Source: a virus (lineage: Duplodnaviria > Caudoviricetes). Taken from it: a stretch of DNA of 32,779 nucleotides. A program made the translations under genes and the position numbers. Positions within the stretch are counted from its first letter, which is position 1. Each line of letters begins with the position of its first letter. This document shows positions 19,112-26,957 of the stretch, piece by piece. The notes below the pieces were generated by a model. It saw only the letters and a program-made list of their open reading frames with translations, did not search any database and had not been told where the DNA came from. The stretch covers positions 1 to 32,779 of the IMG/VR virus record IMGVR_UViG_3300036987_000161; one strand, given 5' to 3'.

Positions 19112-20758
19112 TCAGGTTCCTACGTACCATTCGAATGGTGCCGGCTTTTCTGCAGGCCAATAGTTCATCGCCACGGTGTCGAAGAGGTTCGGCGACCGCA
19201 TGCCATCGGGCTTCTTGTTGATCTTCAGGCGGAGGCGCGAGTCGCGGCCCATCGTCGGCTGGCTCAACTCCTGTTCAAGCTTGAGGAGCATCGCTGTTCC
19301 GATGTCCTTGCTCGACAGGCTGATCAGCTCGTCGGGGTCGTACTTGATGCCCTCGGTGATAGCGCGATGGGTCTTTTCGAACCGGCGACGAAGCTGCCAA
19401 GCAGCCTGCGCCTTCAGGTTCGAATAGAAATCTTCGTTCTTCGGCGAGTTCTCGTCCTTCTCGATCACCCGCTCGGTCGGGTGCAAAACGCCGTCGCCGG
19501 CATTCCAGGGCACTAACGTAAGCCCCTCGGGCAGCAGGTCCTCATCACGGAGCCGGTTGCTTTCGGCTTTGACGCCGGCGCCGACACCAATGCAGTCGTA
19601 CTGCATCTCGACGGCACCGAGCCCTTCGCATTCGACTACGGCTCGCCGCGTGGTGTCGCCCGTGTCCCCCTCGGGCCAATCCTTCAGGAACTTCAGGACC
19701 ACGCCCTTGCGTTTCGACAGGGCGTTGCGGTCGCCACCTTCGTCTGCGACGTCCAATGCAGCCATCCAGGCGCCTGCCTCGGTGAAGCCCAGCTTTTCGT
19801 GCGCGTCGATCGCCGACTTCACCCACTCGGGTGGAATGACGACGCCGTCGATCGCCGCTGCGTAGTTGCGGTCGACCTCCATGCGGAAGATGTGCAGCAG
19901 GCCGTCGTCGCGGGCCTTCTGCTCGCGCTTCGCGTACCACGTCGGCGTCTTGGCCGGGTGATGCCGCCAATCCATGACGAAGACGTGCGTCCGGCCCGGT
20001 GCGACGGGCTGGCCTGGCTCCCAATCCATGCCGGCGAGACGCCGGCGGTGGAACACGGTGCCGGGCCCTGTGACCGACGATATGTCGATCTGGACGTTCG
20101 TGTTGTCGCCCAGCGCCGCTTCGATCAACTCGGGGCGCTCGTAGTGCGCCGACTCGTCCTTGAAGTAGATCAGCGAGCGACCGCCGCGGCCGATGTTATC
20201 GCCCGCCTCGCCCATGATGGTGGCATCGTTCTCGGGGTTGACCAGCTTCATGTACGCGACGTGGCGCACCGGATTGAAGCCGGCCGGCAGAAAGAAGCGG
20301 GGCAAGCCGTACACTAGCTGCCGGATCTTCTCGAAGATCGAGCTTGGGTCGCCGATCTTGTCGACGAGCTGCTCCTTACGCGAGCCCCAACCGACGGCGG
20401 CGCCGGGCCAGAACAGCCAGAGCCAAACCGAGAAGGCGCAGCATAACCAAGTCGCGCCCATGTCGCGGCACTTCTCGACCAGCCCCGATTCCTGGCCGTC
20501 TAGCAGTGCTAGCAGGAACTGGAGGAGGTCTTTCTGCCTCTGAAATAGCGCGAACGGCAGTTTCGTCGGCAGCCCGCCCATAGCGTTGCGAGGGTCGAAC
20601 GTCATGCACCAGTCGACGATGAATTCGGCCGGCCGCGTGCGGTAATACTCCTTGGCGCCGAGGACCAGGTTCCGGTCAGCGCTGAGCTTCAGGAACTGCC
20701 GTTGCCGCCACGCGAAGATGTTGACGTAATTAGGCGGCCATTGCTCATGCGTTGCCAT
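19112..20758 (-). CDS. terL: Terminase large subunit
   Basis: VEKCRDMGATW Walker A, YFKDESAH Walker B, ALDVADEGGD nuclease motif, RSPNLFD. Confidence 0.93.
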   Translation of the reverse strand: MATHEQWPPNYVNIFAWRQRQFLKLSADRNLVLGAKEYYRTRPAEFIVDWCMTFDPRNAMGGLPTKLPFALFQRQKDLLQFLLALLDGQESGLVEKCRDMGATWLCCAFSVWLWLFWPGAAVGWGSRKEQLVDKIGDPSSIFEKIRQLVYGLPRFFLPAGFNPVRHVAYMKLVNPENDATIMGEAGDNIGRGGRSLIYFKDESAHYERPELIEAALGDNTNVQIDISSVTGPGTVFHRRRLAGMDWEPGQPVAPGRTHVFVMDWRHHPAKTPTWYAKREQKARDDGLLHIFRMEVDRNYAAAIDGVVIPPEWVKSAIDAHEKLGFTEAGAWMAALDVADEGGDRNALSKRKGVVLKFLKDWPEGDTGDTTRRAVVECEGLGAVEMQYDCIGVGAGVKAESNRLRDEDLLPEGLTLVPWNAGDGVLHPTERVIEKDENSPKNEDFYSNLKAQAAWQLRRRFEKTHRAITEGIKYDPDELISLSSKDIGTAMLLKLEQELSQPTMGRDSRLRLKINKKPDGMRSPNLFDTVAMNYWPAEKPAPFEWYVGT

Positions 20759-21248
20759 TCGCGCCGCCGGCGATTGTGTCAGCGTAAGCCGCAGCCGCCT
20801 CCTTCGGCGTCATGTCAGGCGTTACAGGTGGAGGCGCGAACAGGGGCTTTCCATCCGGGTCGCCGATCTTCCTGAGGTTCGTGTAAGCCCCGCCCATCTC
20901 TTTGGCCGCCTGCTCGAGGAGCTGGGCTGCGAGCGCGATATTACGTTGATCCTCGGCCGTCGACGCCAAGCGCTGCAGTGCACGAAGGCGGACAGGCCGA
21001 TGCGATATGGCAATGGCCGCTGTGTCCTCCAAGAACGCCTTCCTCGTCGCCGCGAAGAGTTCGCGCCACTTCTGCGAAACGGCACGCCCCGCGCGCTTCG
21101 TTGGGTCGTATGCCTCGATCGACTGAGGAGTGAGCGTGACGTTGAATTCTTTCCTGAGCGCGTCGGCGACGGTCTTGGGCGTGTCGAAGCAGGCAAGCGC
21201 CTGGACCACAAACCCTTTCTGCTCGTCAGTTAGCTTGCCCTTGGCCAT
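20745..21248 (-). CDS. terS: Terminase small subunit (DUF2280 family)
   Basis: K.FVVQALACFDTP..V...YDPTK...RLRAL...LEQAAKE.GG.YTN; overlaps terL start. Confidence 0.85.
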   Translation of the reverse strand: MAKGKLTDEQKGFVVQALACFDTPKTVADALRKEFNVTLTPQSIEAYDPTKRAGRAVSQKWRELFAATRKAFLEDTAAIAISHRPVRLRALQRLASTAEDQRNIALAAQLLEQAAKEMGGAYTNLRKIGDPDGKPLFAPPPVTPDMTPKEAAAAYADTIAGGANGNA

Positions 21249-21272
21249 GTTTTCTATCAGGGCGCCATCAGG

Positions 21273-22211
21273 CTACGCCGCTCGTTTGCCGAGGCACGTG
21301 CCGCAGGCCTGAGCGATGCGAGCCGGAGCGATCTCCGGTCCTCTGTTTGCTGCTTCGACGAGGGCCTCGACGCCGGCAGCCCGTGATCCGTAGCGACGAA
21401 CGACGCCGACGAATTCCTCGACGTCGTGGCCTCGAATGCCGAGAGCCGGGCGGCCGTCTTTGCGGAACTTAGGAGCCCCGAACTCGTCCATCTCCTGCGC
21501 CATGTGCATCAGTTCATGCTCGATGAGGGCGCAGAAGCTGGCGTCGTCGCAGTCGTCGGCGACGTAGTGAGCGTCGATCGTCATGATGAAGTCGGGGATG
21601 GTGCCGAACCACTCTTCGACCTGCTGCCGGGCTCGCTCCTTGGCCCACTTTCCCATGGTGCCACCGGGGTCGCCCATTTCGGCCTGTCCAACGATCCGGC
21701 GTCCAGCGCGAGAGTTGCCCACGTTGGTCCACAGCGCGCCGATCGTGGCCTGCTGCAGATGGCCGTGCTCGGGATTCACCAGCGCGCCGCCTTCGTCGAT
21801 GAAGACGGACCGGAACCAGGTGGCGAGCTGTGGCGACGCGATAAATCGGGGCCCGGTGGGGTTGCTCAGGAACTCTTCTGGAGGCATGGGGCGTCTGAAC
21901 CCCCGGAGCGGAATGACCTGCGCGGCCGGTTGCGCGGCTGGCCGCTGCGCTGCTTCCTGGCCGAGCCGCTTCTTGCCAAGGTGGATCGCCATGCCGGCGT
22001 TTGTCTTGGCGTGGCTGAGCTGGCGCTGGCGGATGGCGACGTTGCCCAGCAGTCGGCCCCGCTCGAACGCCTCCGCCGCCTCTGGCGTCGCCATCAAAGC
22101 CGCATGGTCCTGCTCGGACATGCCGAGGTAGGCTGCAGCCTCGCGGGCGGTGCAGTCCAGCGTCCCCAGCTTATGCAGCTGCTCCAGAAGTTGTGGCGTC
22201 GGCTGAGACAT
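21273..22211 (-). CDS. Phage putative metallopeptidase with N-terminal HTH-like domain
   Basis: FCALIEHELMH (HExxH), HDVEEF.GVVRRYG, C-terminal CGTC; extra ~100 aa N-terminal domain. Confidence 0.85.
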   Translation of the reverse strand: MSQPTPQLLEQLHKLGTLDCTAREAAAYLGMSEQDHAALMATPEAAEAFERGRLLGNVAIRQRQLSHAKTNAGMAIHLGKKRLGQEAAQRPAAQPAAQVIPLRGFRRPMPPEEFLSNPTGPRFIASPQLATWFRSVFIDEGGALVNPEHGHLQQATIGALWTNVGNSRAGRRIVGQAEMGDPGGTMGKWAKERARQQVEEWFGTIPDFIMTIDAHYVADDCDDASFCALIEHELMHMAQEMDEFGAPKFRKDGRPALGIRGHDVEEFVGVVRRYGSRAAGVEALVEAANRGPEIAPARIAQACGTCLGKRAA

Positions 22212-22214
22212 CGG

Positions 22215-23564
22215 CTAGCCACCAGCTGCTGCGGATCGAGCCATCTGAACCTCGGCGAACGTCCGGCCGTCCGCCTCGAGTACGGCCGTCTGGCCGGAGA
22301 ACTGCTCCCAGCGCTTCACCGCGACATCGACGTACGTCGGGCTAAGCTCTATGGCGCGGCACAGTCGACCGGTCATTTCGCAAGCCATTATCGTCGTGCC
22401 CGATCCGGAGAAGGGCTCGAATACAGCGTCGCCGGGCTTGGAATTGTTGAGGATCGGGCGCCGCATGCATTCGACGGGCTTCTGCGTCGAATGACCGGTG
22501 TCGTTCTTGGAGTGCTCGATCTCCCATACCGTAGATTGCCGTCGGCCACCGCGCCAACCGGCGGATTGGCCGTCGCGAACGGCGTAGGCGAGGAGCTCGT
22601 GGTCGTCCTCGAACCGCCATCCGTCATCGCGGCCCTGCTTGACCGCGTAGAAGGCCGGCTCGTGCTGCCAATGGTAGTGGCCGCGCGAGAGCGCGGGACG
22701 ATGCTTCACCCAGATGATCTGGGCGCGCACCTGATATCCGCTAGCATGTAGGCTAGCGTCGACGGTCGCACCGTGCAGGGCTCCGTGCCAGACATAGATG
22801 ACGTTGCCCGGGCAGAGGCGCCACGCTTCGGACCAGTCGGCGCGGTCGTCGTTCAACACCTTGCCGGTGGCGTGAACGGCGCCTGATTTGCCCTTGGCAT
22901 CCGCGCGCCAAGAGGCGTCGTACTCGACGCCATACGGCGGGTCGGTGACTGTCAGTACCGGCTGCGCCCCAGCGCATACGCGGTCGACGTTTGCCGCGAC
23001 GGTGCTGTCGCCGCACAAAATGCGGTGCGGGCCGAGAATCCAGACATCGCCGAGGGTGGTCACCGGGTCCTGGGCTGCTTCGGGGGTCTCTTCCGCTGCG
23101 CGGAGTTCGTCGTCGATCGAGAGGAAGCGGTCGATCTCGATTTCGTCGAAGCCGGTCAGCTCGAGATCTACGTCGAGCGCCTTGAGGTCCCGCAGCTCGT
23201 CGGCCAGGAGGTCCTCGAGCCAGGTCGTTTCTTCGTGCAGCCGGTTGTCGGCTATCCGGTAGGCCCTTGCCTTTTCTGGGCTCAGGCGCGCGACGATCAC
23301 TGGAACCGTGTCGAGCTTCAGAAGGCTTGCGGCCATCCAACGAATGCGGCCGACGATGATGACGCCGGCGTCGTCGACGACGATGGGCTGCTGAAATCCG
23401 AACTCACGGATGGAGGCGGCGACCTTCTCCCGCGCCTTCTTCGAGGCGGTGCGCGGGTTCTTGTCGTAAGGCTTGATCCGCTCCAGCGGCCAGTATTCGA
23501 CCCGCATCTGTGCCTTGGCGGCGCCGTCAGCCGGAACGGGCGTCGTAAGTACCTTGGTTGTCAC
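22215..23564 (-). CDS. ParB-N-domain-fused DNA methyltransferase (beta class, N6-A/N4-C)
   Basis: N-terminal PY..NPR...SIREFGF..PIVVD...YRIADNRL; TDPPY motif IV before H.TQKP and FEPFSGSGTT motif I. Confidence 0.92.
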   Translation of the reverse strand: MTTKVLTTPVPADGAAKAQMRVEYWPLERIKPYDKNPRTASKKAREKVAASIREFGFQQPIVVDDAGVIIVGRIRWMAASLLKLDTVPVIVARLSPEKARAYRIADNRLHEETTWLEDLLADELRDLKALDVDLELTGFDEIEIDRFLSIDDELRAAEETPEAAQDPVTTLGDVWILGPHRILCGDSTVAANVDRVCAGAQPVLTVTDPPYGVEYDASWRADAKGKSGAVHATGKVLNDDRADWSEAWRLCPGNVIYVWHGALHGATVDASLHASGYQVRAQIIWVKHRPALSRGHYHWQHEPAFYAVKQGRDDGWRFEDDHELLAYAVRDGQSAGWRGGRRQSTVWEIEHSKNDTGHSTQKPVECMRRPILNNSKPGDAVFEPFSGSGTTIMACEMTGRLCRAIELSPTYVDVAVKRWEQFSGQTAVLEADGRTFAEVQMARSAAAGG

Positions 23565-23751
23565 GCGACCTTGCGCCCGCGCTTTTTCGGCTTCGCCTTC
23601 GAGGGCTTTGTGGGCTTACCCCACAGCGCAGGGCAATGCAGCCCCGACATCGAGACAGTCATGTCCGTCCTGTTTTCTGATGTTCCTGAGCGCGCACGCG
23701 TGCGGCGGTCCGGCCCGAAAATCGGAAGTAAGTTCCTGATCGGGCCCATAG

Positions 23752-23784
23752 AAAAGCAAAAGGCCCGCTTGTGGGGCGGGCCTT
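23752..23784 (-). terminator. Terminator in late-operon leader
   Basis: Minus strand AAGGCCCGC-loop-GCGGGCCTT then TTTGCTTTT. Confidence 0.65.
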
Positions 23785-23847
23785 CCTGGGCGTGCGTCTC
23801 GCGACACTGGCAAAAAACGCTGATTCGGCGGTACCGTGCAAGTGTGA

Positions 23848-24963
23848 TCAGCGGCTTCGCGTCTTCGGCTCACCTGATTTCTTACGCTCTGCCTCGCGCG
23901 CCTCTTGATACTGAAGCCAATTCAGGGCGAGACTCGGGTTCACCCCGCGCGCTCTCTCCGCTTCGCGGGCGCGGGTCTCGGCCTGGATCTCACGGGCCGC
24001 TTCGGAGAGGGCACCTTGCTTGATCAATGTCCGGATGCGGTCATTTTCGAGTGCGGCTTTCTTGATGCTCGCGTTCTGCTCCAGCATCCAGTCCTCGTAC
24101 TCGGCCCAGACCCCCGCGAGTAAGCCGCAGGCGGCCTTCAGCGCGCCATCCGCTACGCCGCGGGCCTGATGGTCACCTTTGCAGCGCCCGTAGACCTTGC
24201 CGAATTCAGCGCGGCTTAGCGGCTTGTCCGCGCCCCTTGGAGGGATACCGAGCACGAAGTTGAACAGTATTGGTCGCAACGCTGGCGGGATGCGCTTCGA
24301 CCACATGGCCCATTCTCGGCCCGCATGCTGCTGCTCCGGGGTGAGCGGTAGCCTCCGAGCAGGGTCGCTAGCGCTACCGCCGTCACCATAACCGCCGATC
24401 TTCGCGTGACTGAGCCGGGAGAAGTATGCCCAGTGGAAGCTTTCCGCCGCTTCGTATTCCTGCGCACTGAGAAGGTCCGCGATCTCGTCGACGGCCCATT
24501 TGAACTGATGGGCGACGGTCGCACGCACCGGGCCCGCGGCCGGGACGACTTCGATAACGTAGGCTTCCTCGGTGGCATGCCGGCGCCGCTCCGGCGTCGG
24601 GTCGCTTGACCACACCGGCGGACGATGAAGAACCAGGTCGAGGGCTCGCTTCTGCGCGGCCGCGCGCCGAGGGGCATTTTGCAGCGAACGGATGGCGGCG
24701 GGCAGTCGGTCGGCGGGGATCTCTTCGCGGTCGATGCGCATTTTGAGAAGCTGCCGCCGGCGCGCGGATCGCTTTGCCGTCAGACGCAGTTGGGTAGCGT
24801 GGTCGCCGCGCGCGTCATTCACCAGCTTGACGATATCGACGCCTAGCTTTCCCAAAACTCGATAACACTTGTCGCGAAGGACGTTGGCGCTTGTCGTGCG
24901 CGATCGTTCTAGCGCGGCGACGATCTGGCTGGCGAGGTCGTTCTCGTCGAGTTCGTCCGTCAT
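23848..24963 (-). CDS. Putative late transcription regulator (DUF6456-like)
   Basis: LLSAQEYEAAESF...LRPILFNFVLG...LKAACGLLAGVW pattern; occupies the Q-like position before the packaging genes. Confidence 0.55.
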   Translation of the reverse strand: MTDELDENDLASQIVAALERSRTTSANVLRDKCYRVLGKLGVDIVKLVNDARGDHATQLRLTAKRSARRRQLLKMRIDREEIPADRLPAAIRSLQNAPRRAAAQKRALDLVLHRPPVWSSDPTPERRRHATEEAYVIEVVPAAGPVRATVAHQFKWAVDEIADLLSAQEYEAAESFHWAYFSRLSHAKIGGYGDGGSASDPARRLPLTPEQQHAGREWAMWSKRIPPALRPILFNFVLGIPPRGADKPLSRAEFGKVYGRCKGDHQARGVADGALKAACGLLAGVWAEYEDWMLEQNASIKKAALENDRIRTLIKQGALSEAAREIQAETRAREAERARGVNPSLALNWLQYQEAREAERKKSGEPKTRSR

Positions 24964-25065
24964 CGAGCCCTATGTCGTGGTCGGCGTTTCCGAGATTTTG
25001 CGGAAGCAGAAGCTTGAGCTTATTCGCGGCATCCGTCACCCAGGCGGGGGCTGCACCCCGCCGGG

Positions 25066-25266
25066 TCAGCGCGGCCTGCGGTCCGTCTTGACGAGACGTA
25101 GATGCGCAGCGTGAACCTTGAGGGCCGTCGCGCGCTGCTGATCCTTCGCGATGCGCAGCCATGGGCGGCCCGGATAGACCACCAGGTACCGGTCGCCCAC
25201 GTCGGCCACCGCAGCTCCGACGGGCACATCCGCGAGCGCCTTTTCGGCGGACTTCGTGACGCTCAT
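25066..25266 (-). CDS. Small hypothetical protein coupled to the RHH gene
   Basis: ATGA overlap with the RHH gene stop; 66 aa. Confidence 0.4.
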   Translation of the reverse strand: MSVTKSAEKALADVPVGAAVADVGDRYLVVYPGRPWLRIAKDQQRATALKVHAAHLRLVKTDRRPR

Positions 25267-25460
25267 TTGCCTTTCCCTGTCCCCAGCGCCTTCGCAAGCA
25301 ATTCGCGGATCATGGCTGCCCGGTCGGGCTGATCCATCCTGTCGTTCCGCATCCGATCGATCGCATCGAGCATCGGCTGTGGTAGCCGCAACGCTATTTG
25401 CGGCATCGTCGCGTCACCCTTCGGCGGCCGTCCAACACGCTTTTTTGGTGTGTTGCTCAT
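25263..25460 (-). CDS. Ribbon-helix-helix (Arc/CopG-like) repressor with N-terminal GRP hook
   Basis: MSNTPKKRVGRPPKG...QIALRLPQPMLDAID...DRAAMIRELLAKAL. Confidence 0.8.
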   Translation of the reverse strand: MSNTPKKRVGRPPKGDATMPQIALRLPQPMLDAIDRMRNDRMDQPDRAAMIRELLAKALGTGKGK

Positions 25461-25463
25461 GCG

Positions 25464-25564
25464 CCTTGCATATCGCATCCCAAAAAAAATGCAACACAGG
25501 CCAAAAAATGACGTGAAGAGCGAATGTTACCCCTTGCATTACGCATCCCGAAAAGCGACATTAA
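25464..25564. promoter_or_regulatory. Divergent promoter region with two 18-bp direct repeats (putative RHH operators)
   Basis: CCTTGCATATCGCATCCC at 25464-25481 and CCTTGCATTACGCATCCC at 25532-25549; TTGCAT -35-like boxes in both directions. Confidence 0.65.
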
Positions 25565-25710
25565 TTCGCGTAGGGACTGAACATCCTTGCGTAAGTATCT
25601 GCAAAGTCGACGCGAACCACCGAAGCGGCCAGGGGCCGGACTAGCCGAGGTGGGGAGGGGCTCGAAAGGCTCCCGGTGATCGATAGACCCTGCGAAAGAA
25701 AGGAACTAAA

Positions 25711-25923
25711 ATGTCGGGCATGGACACGTTGAGAGCAGCTGATCAGTTAAAAGCGGCAGGTATGCCGCCCGGCCAAGCCGAGGCGGTTTCTCGGGTCATC
25801 AATGACCTGGGCCGTGAGAACTTGGTCACGAAAGAGTATCTCGACATGCGGTTGATGCAGTTCACGGCGGCGATTGCCGCGCTGTTCATCACCGTCGGGG
25901 GCGCTTTCAAGCTCTTCGCATAG
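25711..25923 (+). CDS. DUF1640/CCDC90-like small membrane-anchored protein
   Basis: DTL.....LKAAGMP..QAEAV head, LVTKEYL neck motif, C-terminal TM helix; AAGGA RBS. Confidence 0.75.
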   Translation: MSGMDTLRAADQLKAAGMPPGQAEAVSRVINDLGRENLVTKEYLDMRLMQFTAAIAALFITVGGAFKLFA

Positions 25924-25953
25924 TACCCCAGCCAAGTCAGTTCCTGAACTAAG

Positions 25954-25992
25954 TCGGGCCCGGTCGCGCAAGCAGCCGGGCCCGATGCTTTT
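25954..25992 (+). terminator. GC-rich hairpin, possible terminator/attenuator
   Basis: TCGGGCCCGG...CCGGGCCCGA followed by TGCTTTT. Confidence 0.5.
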
Positions 25993-26010
25993 GGCAAAAT
26001 GGAGATGACG

Positions 26011-26277
26011 ATGGACGTCCTTGAAACTCTGAAGAAGCTTCCGGCCGAGTGCTACTCGACGCTGCCGAGCAATCCTCGCCAGCTAATCGGAATCCACCGC
26101 GGCGTGCCCGGTTACACGCCCCTAAAGATCCACGACACGACCGCACAAGCCGACGAGCAAGTCGAACGCATGAATGCCGCGCGCGGTGTAACGGCCGCCC
26201 AGCTGGAAGCCATGATCATCGGCTCGCAGTTCGGGTGGCACGTACCCGGCGCCGACCCGGATTTGTACGCGAAGTGA
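26011..26277 (+). CDS. Conserved hypothetical mobile-element protein
   Basis: GGAG RBS; N..RGVT.AQ.EAM..GS.FGW.VPGADP..Y motif recurrent in phage and conjugative-element proteins. Confidence 0.7.
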   Translation: MDVLETLKKLPAECYSTLPSNPRQLIGIHRGVPGYTPLKIHDTTAQADEQVERMNAARGVTAAQLEAMIIGSQFGWHVPGADPDLYAK

Positions 26278-26323
26278 GTGGCCCGCCGGGGCCCGCCCGG
26301 CTCAACCCTGCGAAAGATGAAAC

Positions 26324-26536
26324 ATGGACAAAGCTCTTAGACGCGAGGCGATCATCGCACTTATTCGAGTGCTGCGAGCCGACGGCGAGGCGATTGCCAA
26401 GTCGGCGGCGGAAGCGGAACTGCTCTTCGACGATGGCAACCAGACCGGTGCAATCGGCGAATTGCTGATCATCGAGTCGCAAGTCGAACGCGTGCGCAAC
26501 TACCGAACCATCCTGTCGCTGCACCGCGACGCATAA
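26324..26536 (+). CDS. Hypothetical helical protein
   Basis: 70 aa; preceded by the start-associated motif. Confidence 0.6.
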   Translation: MDKALRREAIIALIRVLRADGEAIAKSAAEAELLFDDGNQTGAIGELLIIESQVERVRNYRTILSLHRDA

Positions 26537-26597
26537 GACGGCCAGAGGGCGCGCGAACGCTCCTCGGCTGGGATCAACAAACCCTGCGAGAGAAACA

Positions 26598-26873
26598 ATG
26601 AACCCGAGACTGACTGACCAAATCCTCCTGCTCGAAGTTATGCGCCTTCGCGAAACGGCGCGTGAGTACGCCGAAGACGCCGAGCATTCCGAGAAGCAAG
26701 CCGATGCCATCGCGCGGTCGCGCAATGGGTTCCCCGGTAACCTGCTAGCCGCCTCGCGTTACCGCCAGCAGGCTACCGCTAGCCGCCAGTGTGCGGCCCT
26801 CTACGCCGGCCTTGCCGACGAGATCGAAGACAAGATCGGTGCCCAGTGGTCGCCGGCAGCTTGCATTGCGTGA
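26598..26873 (+). CDS. Hypothetical helical protein
   Basis: 91 aa; preceded by the start-associated motif. Confidence 0.6.
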   Translation: MNPRLTDQILLLEVMRLRETAREYAEDAEHSEKQADAIARSRNGFPGNLLAASRYRQQATASRQCAALYAGLADEIEDKIGAQWSPAACIA

Positions 26874-26957
26874 CTTGAAACGAAGCGGCCCCGGAAGGGC
26901 GCGAACCCTTCCGAGGCCTGAGTGATCATCCAACCCTGCGAGAGAAGGAATATTCAC

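Larger units (their letters stand above)
25687..26945 (+). repeat. Four copies of start-associated motif ACCCTGCGARAGA
   Basis: Copies at 25687, 26305, 26581 and 26933, each 4-12 nt before a start codon and just after a GC-rich hairpin. Confidence 0.85.

Noticed and set aside
22215-23564. Restriction-modification system or true ParB partition gene
   Set aside because: No cognate endonuclease; ParB-N-methylase fusions before terminase genes are a common orphan phage arrangement
21426-24023. Long plus-strand ORFs (441 aa, 332 aa) and similar shadow ORFs elsewhere
   Set aside because: Antisense to well-supported genes in GC-rich DNA, with no recognisable motifs
25565-25620. Hammerhead ribozyme or tRNA in the three-way junction
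   Set aside because: Lacks the CUGAnGA/GAAA core and tRNA D/T-loop consensus
25687-26945. CRISPR array or integron attC cassettes
   Set aside because: Repeats are only 13 bp, separated by whole genes; no cas or integron integrase gene and no attC RYYYAAC/GTTRRRY boxes
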